Assembly (NCBI GenBank): GCA_002633005.1 | Contig: NMRA01000544.1 | Span: forward strand, 44,479-108,478 | Length of the DNA: 64,000 bases | Reading direction: 5' to 3' | Source of the DNA: Phoronis australis | Taxonomy: Eukaryota; Animalia; Phoronida | Part shown: piece after piece, positions 61,871 through 64,000 of the stretch | Layout of the letters: every line of letters begins with the position of its first letter | How positions within the stretch are numbered: the first letter of the stretch is position 1 | Position numbers and translations under genes: made by a program | Notes under the pieces: model-generated | What the model was told of the DNA's origin: nothing | Database searches by the model: none | What the model saw: the letters and a program-made list of their open reading frames with translations, nothing else

Positions 61871-64000
61871 ACATTCCCATAGAAAGTTTGCTTTCAACAT
61901 CCCAGAGTCAGAATACTAAACAGAAGATACAAGTCAATCATATGGCACTGGGTAATTCTATCTTTTTCGTATGTTTGTCAAACTGAGTCTCTGAATAGGA
62001 CAATTCCTTGCTTGATGCTCATAATTTCTCACGTAGGCGCGTTGCTAAAACTTAACATATGCTTTTTATCTCTTTCAGCAATCATTGGTTTAGCCAATGA
62101 ACAATACTTGGGACTGCGAATGGTCATCTTCCCCGGTGCTTCAAGGTGACTTCCCGTGATACGGCCAAAACGAACCTCTGTGCCGAAAAACGAGCAAAGA
62201 CCCACAATAATTCTCACTTTTGTTGACATGGAATGTCTTAATTTGCTTTTGAAATTGTACTAAGCAACTATAATAATTTTGAAAATAACTTGTACCTTAT
62301 TTTCCCATGGTATAGCTTACTAATATTTTCGTATTAAGCTTGTTTTGGTTTGTTTGGTAAACTTATCCAAGCCAATGCGTATTGTATTTTCAATAGGTCT
62401 GCTATGTGTTTTTTCACTATTAAGGTTCTTTGGTTCATTTCGTACCGTAATGTGCCGTACCATCAACAATTAGCTCCCATAATCAGAGAACTTTTGTTGG
62501 AATTGTTCGACGAAACTTTTTATGTAGCTGTTATTCGTTATGCAATTTTTATACCCCTGGTAGTGATCTCTTATGTTTTCATGTCATATCACTTTCCCTT
62601 TTTTCTGTGCTTATTTCTATCTTTATTTATTGCATACTTTGAAATTGATGACAACTTTATGTGCGTAACAAGATTTATCGTTCATGATCCTATTTATGAC
62701 CGTGCCCTGATTTCCGAAAATTTGTTTTTTAAGAAAAGACTTTCTTCAAGTGTTCACATACGGAGTCATGCTGCTAAGTGTCTCTAATAACTCACACAGG
62801 AGGTTATTTCCTGTAAGTGTATATGATCATTTCCTTCGGAAAAGATTATCAATGATTTCCATTTATTTTCTCATTTTCTGCCCATTTGGCGTTTTTTACT
62901 TCATTTTACTTGTAAAGAAATTTGTTAATGATTGATGCCGTGTTTATAAAAGAATATCATCTCCTGAGCGACTACTGTATTACCCGCATTGTCACGGTGA
63001 ATAAGTTGTTGTAGCCAAAACAAAAATCACACTGCGCATCAAGTAATGTGACATCTTATGCAGGGCTGCGTTCTGTAGACGCAAGAATCTTACGAAAACT
63101 CAAGAACACCCTAGAGTTCATGAGATATCGTCATGTATTACGCCTTGGGTTTCTACTGGGAACCAATACTTGTTCCTTGGTCTACGGAACCTTAACGTCT
63201 CATTCACAAAACACATAAATCCGAAGCCATCCATTGAACACTCGTCACCTCACCTTGTCACCACGTATATCCTAAGTGTTGGAAAATCTGTCGCGATGTT
63301 TGATAAGTTATAATAATGTGTATTTATTGTTAAAACTGTAAATGATTATATGAATATTAATAATAATGTTGTTGAGTTTGTGATTATTTTTGTTATCTAT
63401 AGTTATTATTGAGCATAATTGCATACGCAGCACGGGAAACCCAGTGGCTCTGTCTGGATACATTACGCGATCAGTATCAAAACTGAAACCAACGACATTT
63501 GCCCAACGAGTCATTTGGCATTAGGTTTGAGGATATTTAGAAAAACTGTACATGAAGCCTTTTGTTTTCTTTTATTATCATTTATTTGACAAATTCAGGT
63601 CAACTAAATGTAAATAAATCCAGTTGAAGTTTGAATTTGAAAGAATTGCTATTATACGATTTAAACCAAAATAAGTAACAAAGGCCCTTTCTGCTCGTTT
63701 AGAGAATTTTCGTCAAATAAGTGCGATCATAAAAGCTTAGTGGCTTTAGTCAGTCATGCTAAAGAACATCTGAGATGCTAGAGAATACAGCATAAATCCA
63801 AGCGATNGTAGACAAATTTGTGACTGAGCACGACCAGCCATAGAGTCAAATCACATATTATTTTCACCGAAGAGAATTTGGTCCAGGTTTTCACTCAAAG
63901 AGAAAGTGTTTGTGCCCTGAACGTCCAGGATCTTCCAGAAGAAATTCTGAACGAGGTATGGACTTCAATGTTTCACAGTGGATATTGGCTCAGTTTGAAC

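Noticed and set aside
62350-62787. 145-aa hydrophobic ORF
   Set aside because: T-rich composition explains the Phe/Ile bias. No recognisable domain; may be the antisense of a decayed A-rich retroelement.

Overview
AT-rich, intron-containing animal genomic DNA; the repeat complement suggests a marine invertebrate. The core is a tandem cluster of microsomal clan-2 (CYP2-like) cytochrome P450 genes on the + strand. It comprises the last exon of an upstream paralog (5795-5976), an orphan promoter plus exon 1 (16587-16831), and two complete six-exon genes (20104-24767 and 35218-43481). By my exon arithmetic each complete gene has a 1503-nt CDS (500 aa) with intact WxxxR, I-helix GGxET, ExxR, PERF and FxxGxRxCxG motifs. 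The rest is mostly transposon debris: a decayed AcademX-like transposon and an Academ-type non-autonomous element, Kolobok derivatives with THAP remnants, 5-bp-TSD hAT-like and PIF/Harbinger-like MITEs, a tandem Helentron-associated (HINE/DINE-like) element, and LINE, Penelope and tRNA-SINE fragments. There is also a GAT microsatellite, a broken intronless ORF with three 39-aa repeats behind an RFX X-box, and a ~380-bp higher-order tandem repeat. No prokaryotic or CRISPR system is evident. The best leads are the orphan, phase-compatible CYP first exon, TE-borne DR1/CCAAT arrays upstream of the cluster, and a possible 42-nt microexon array inside the satellite. All family assignments come from recognised motifs, not database searches.
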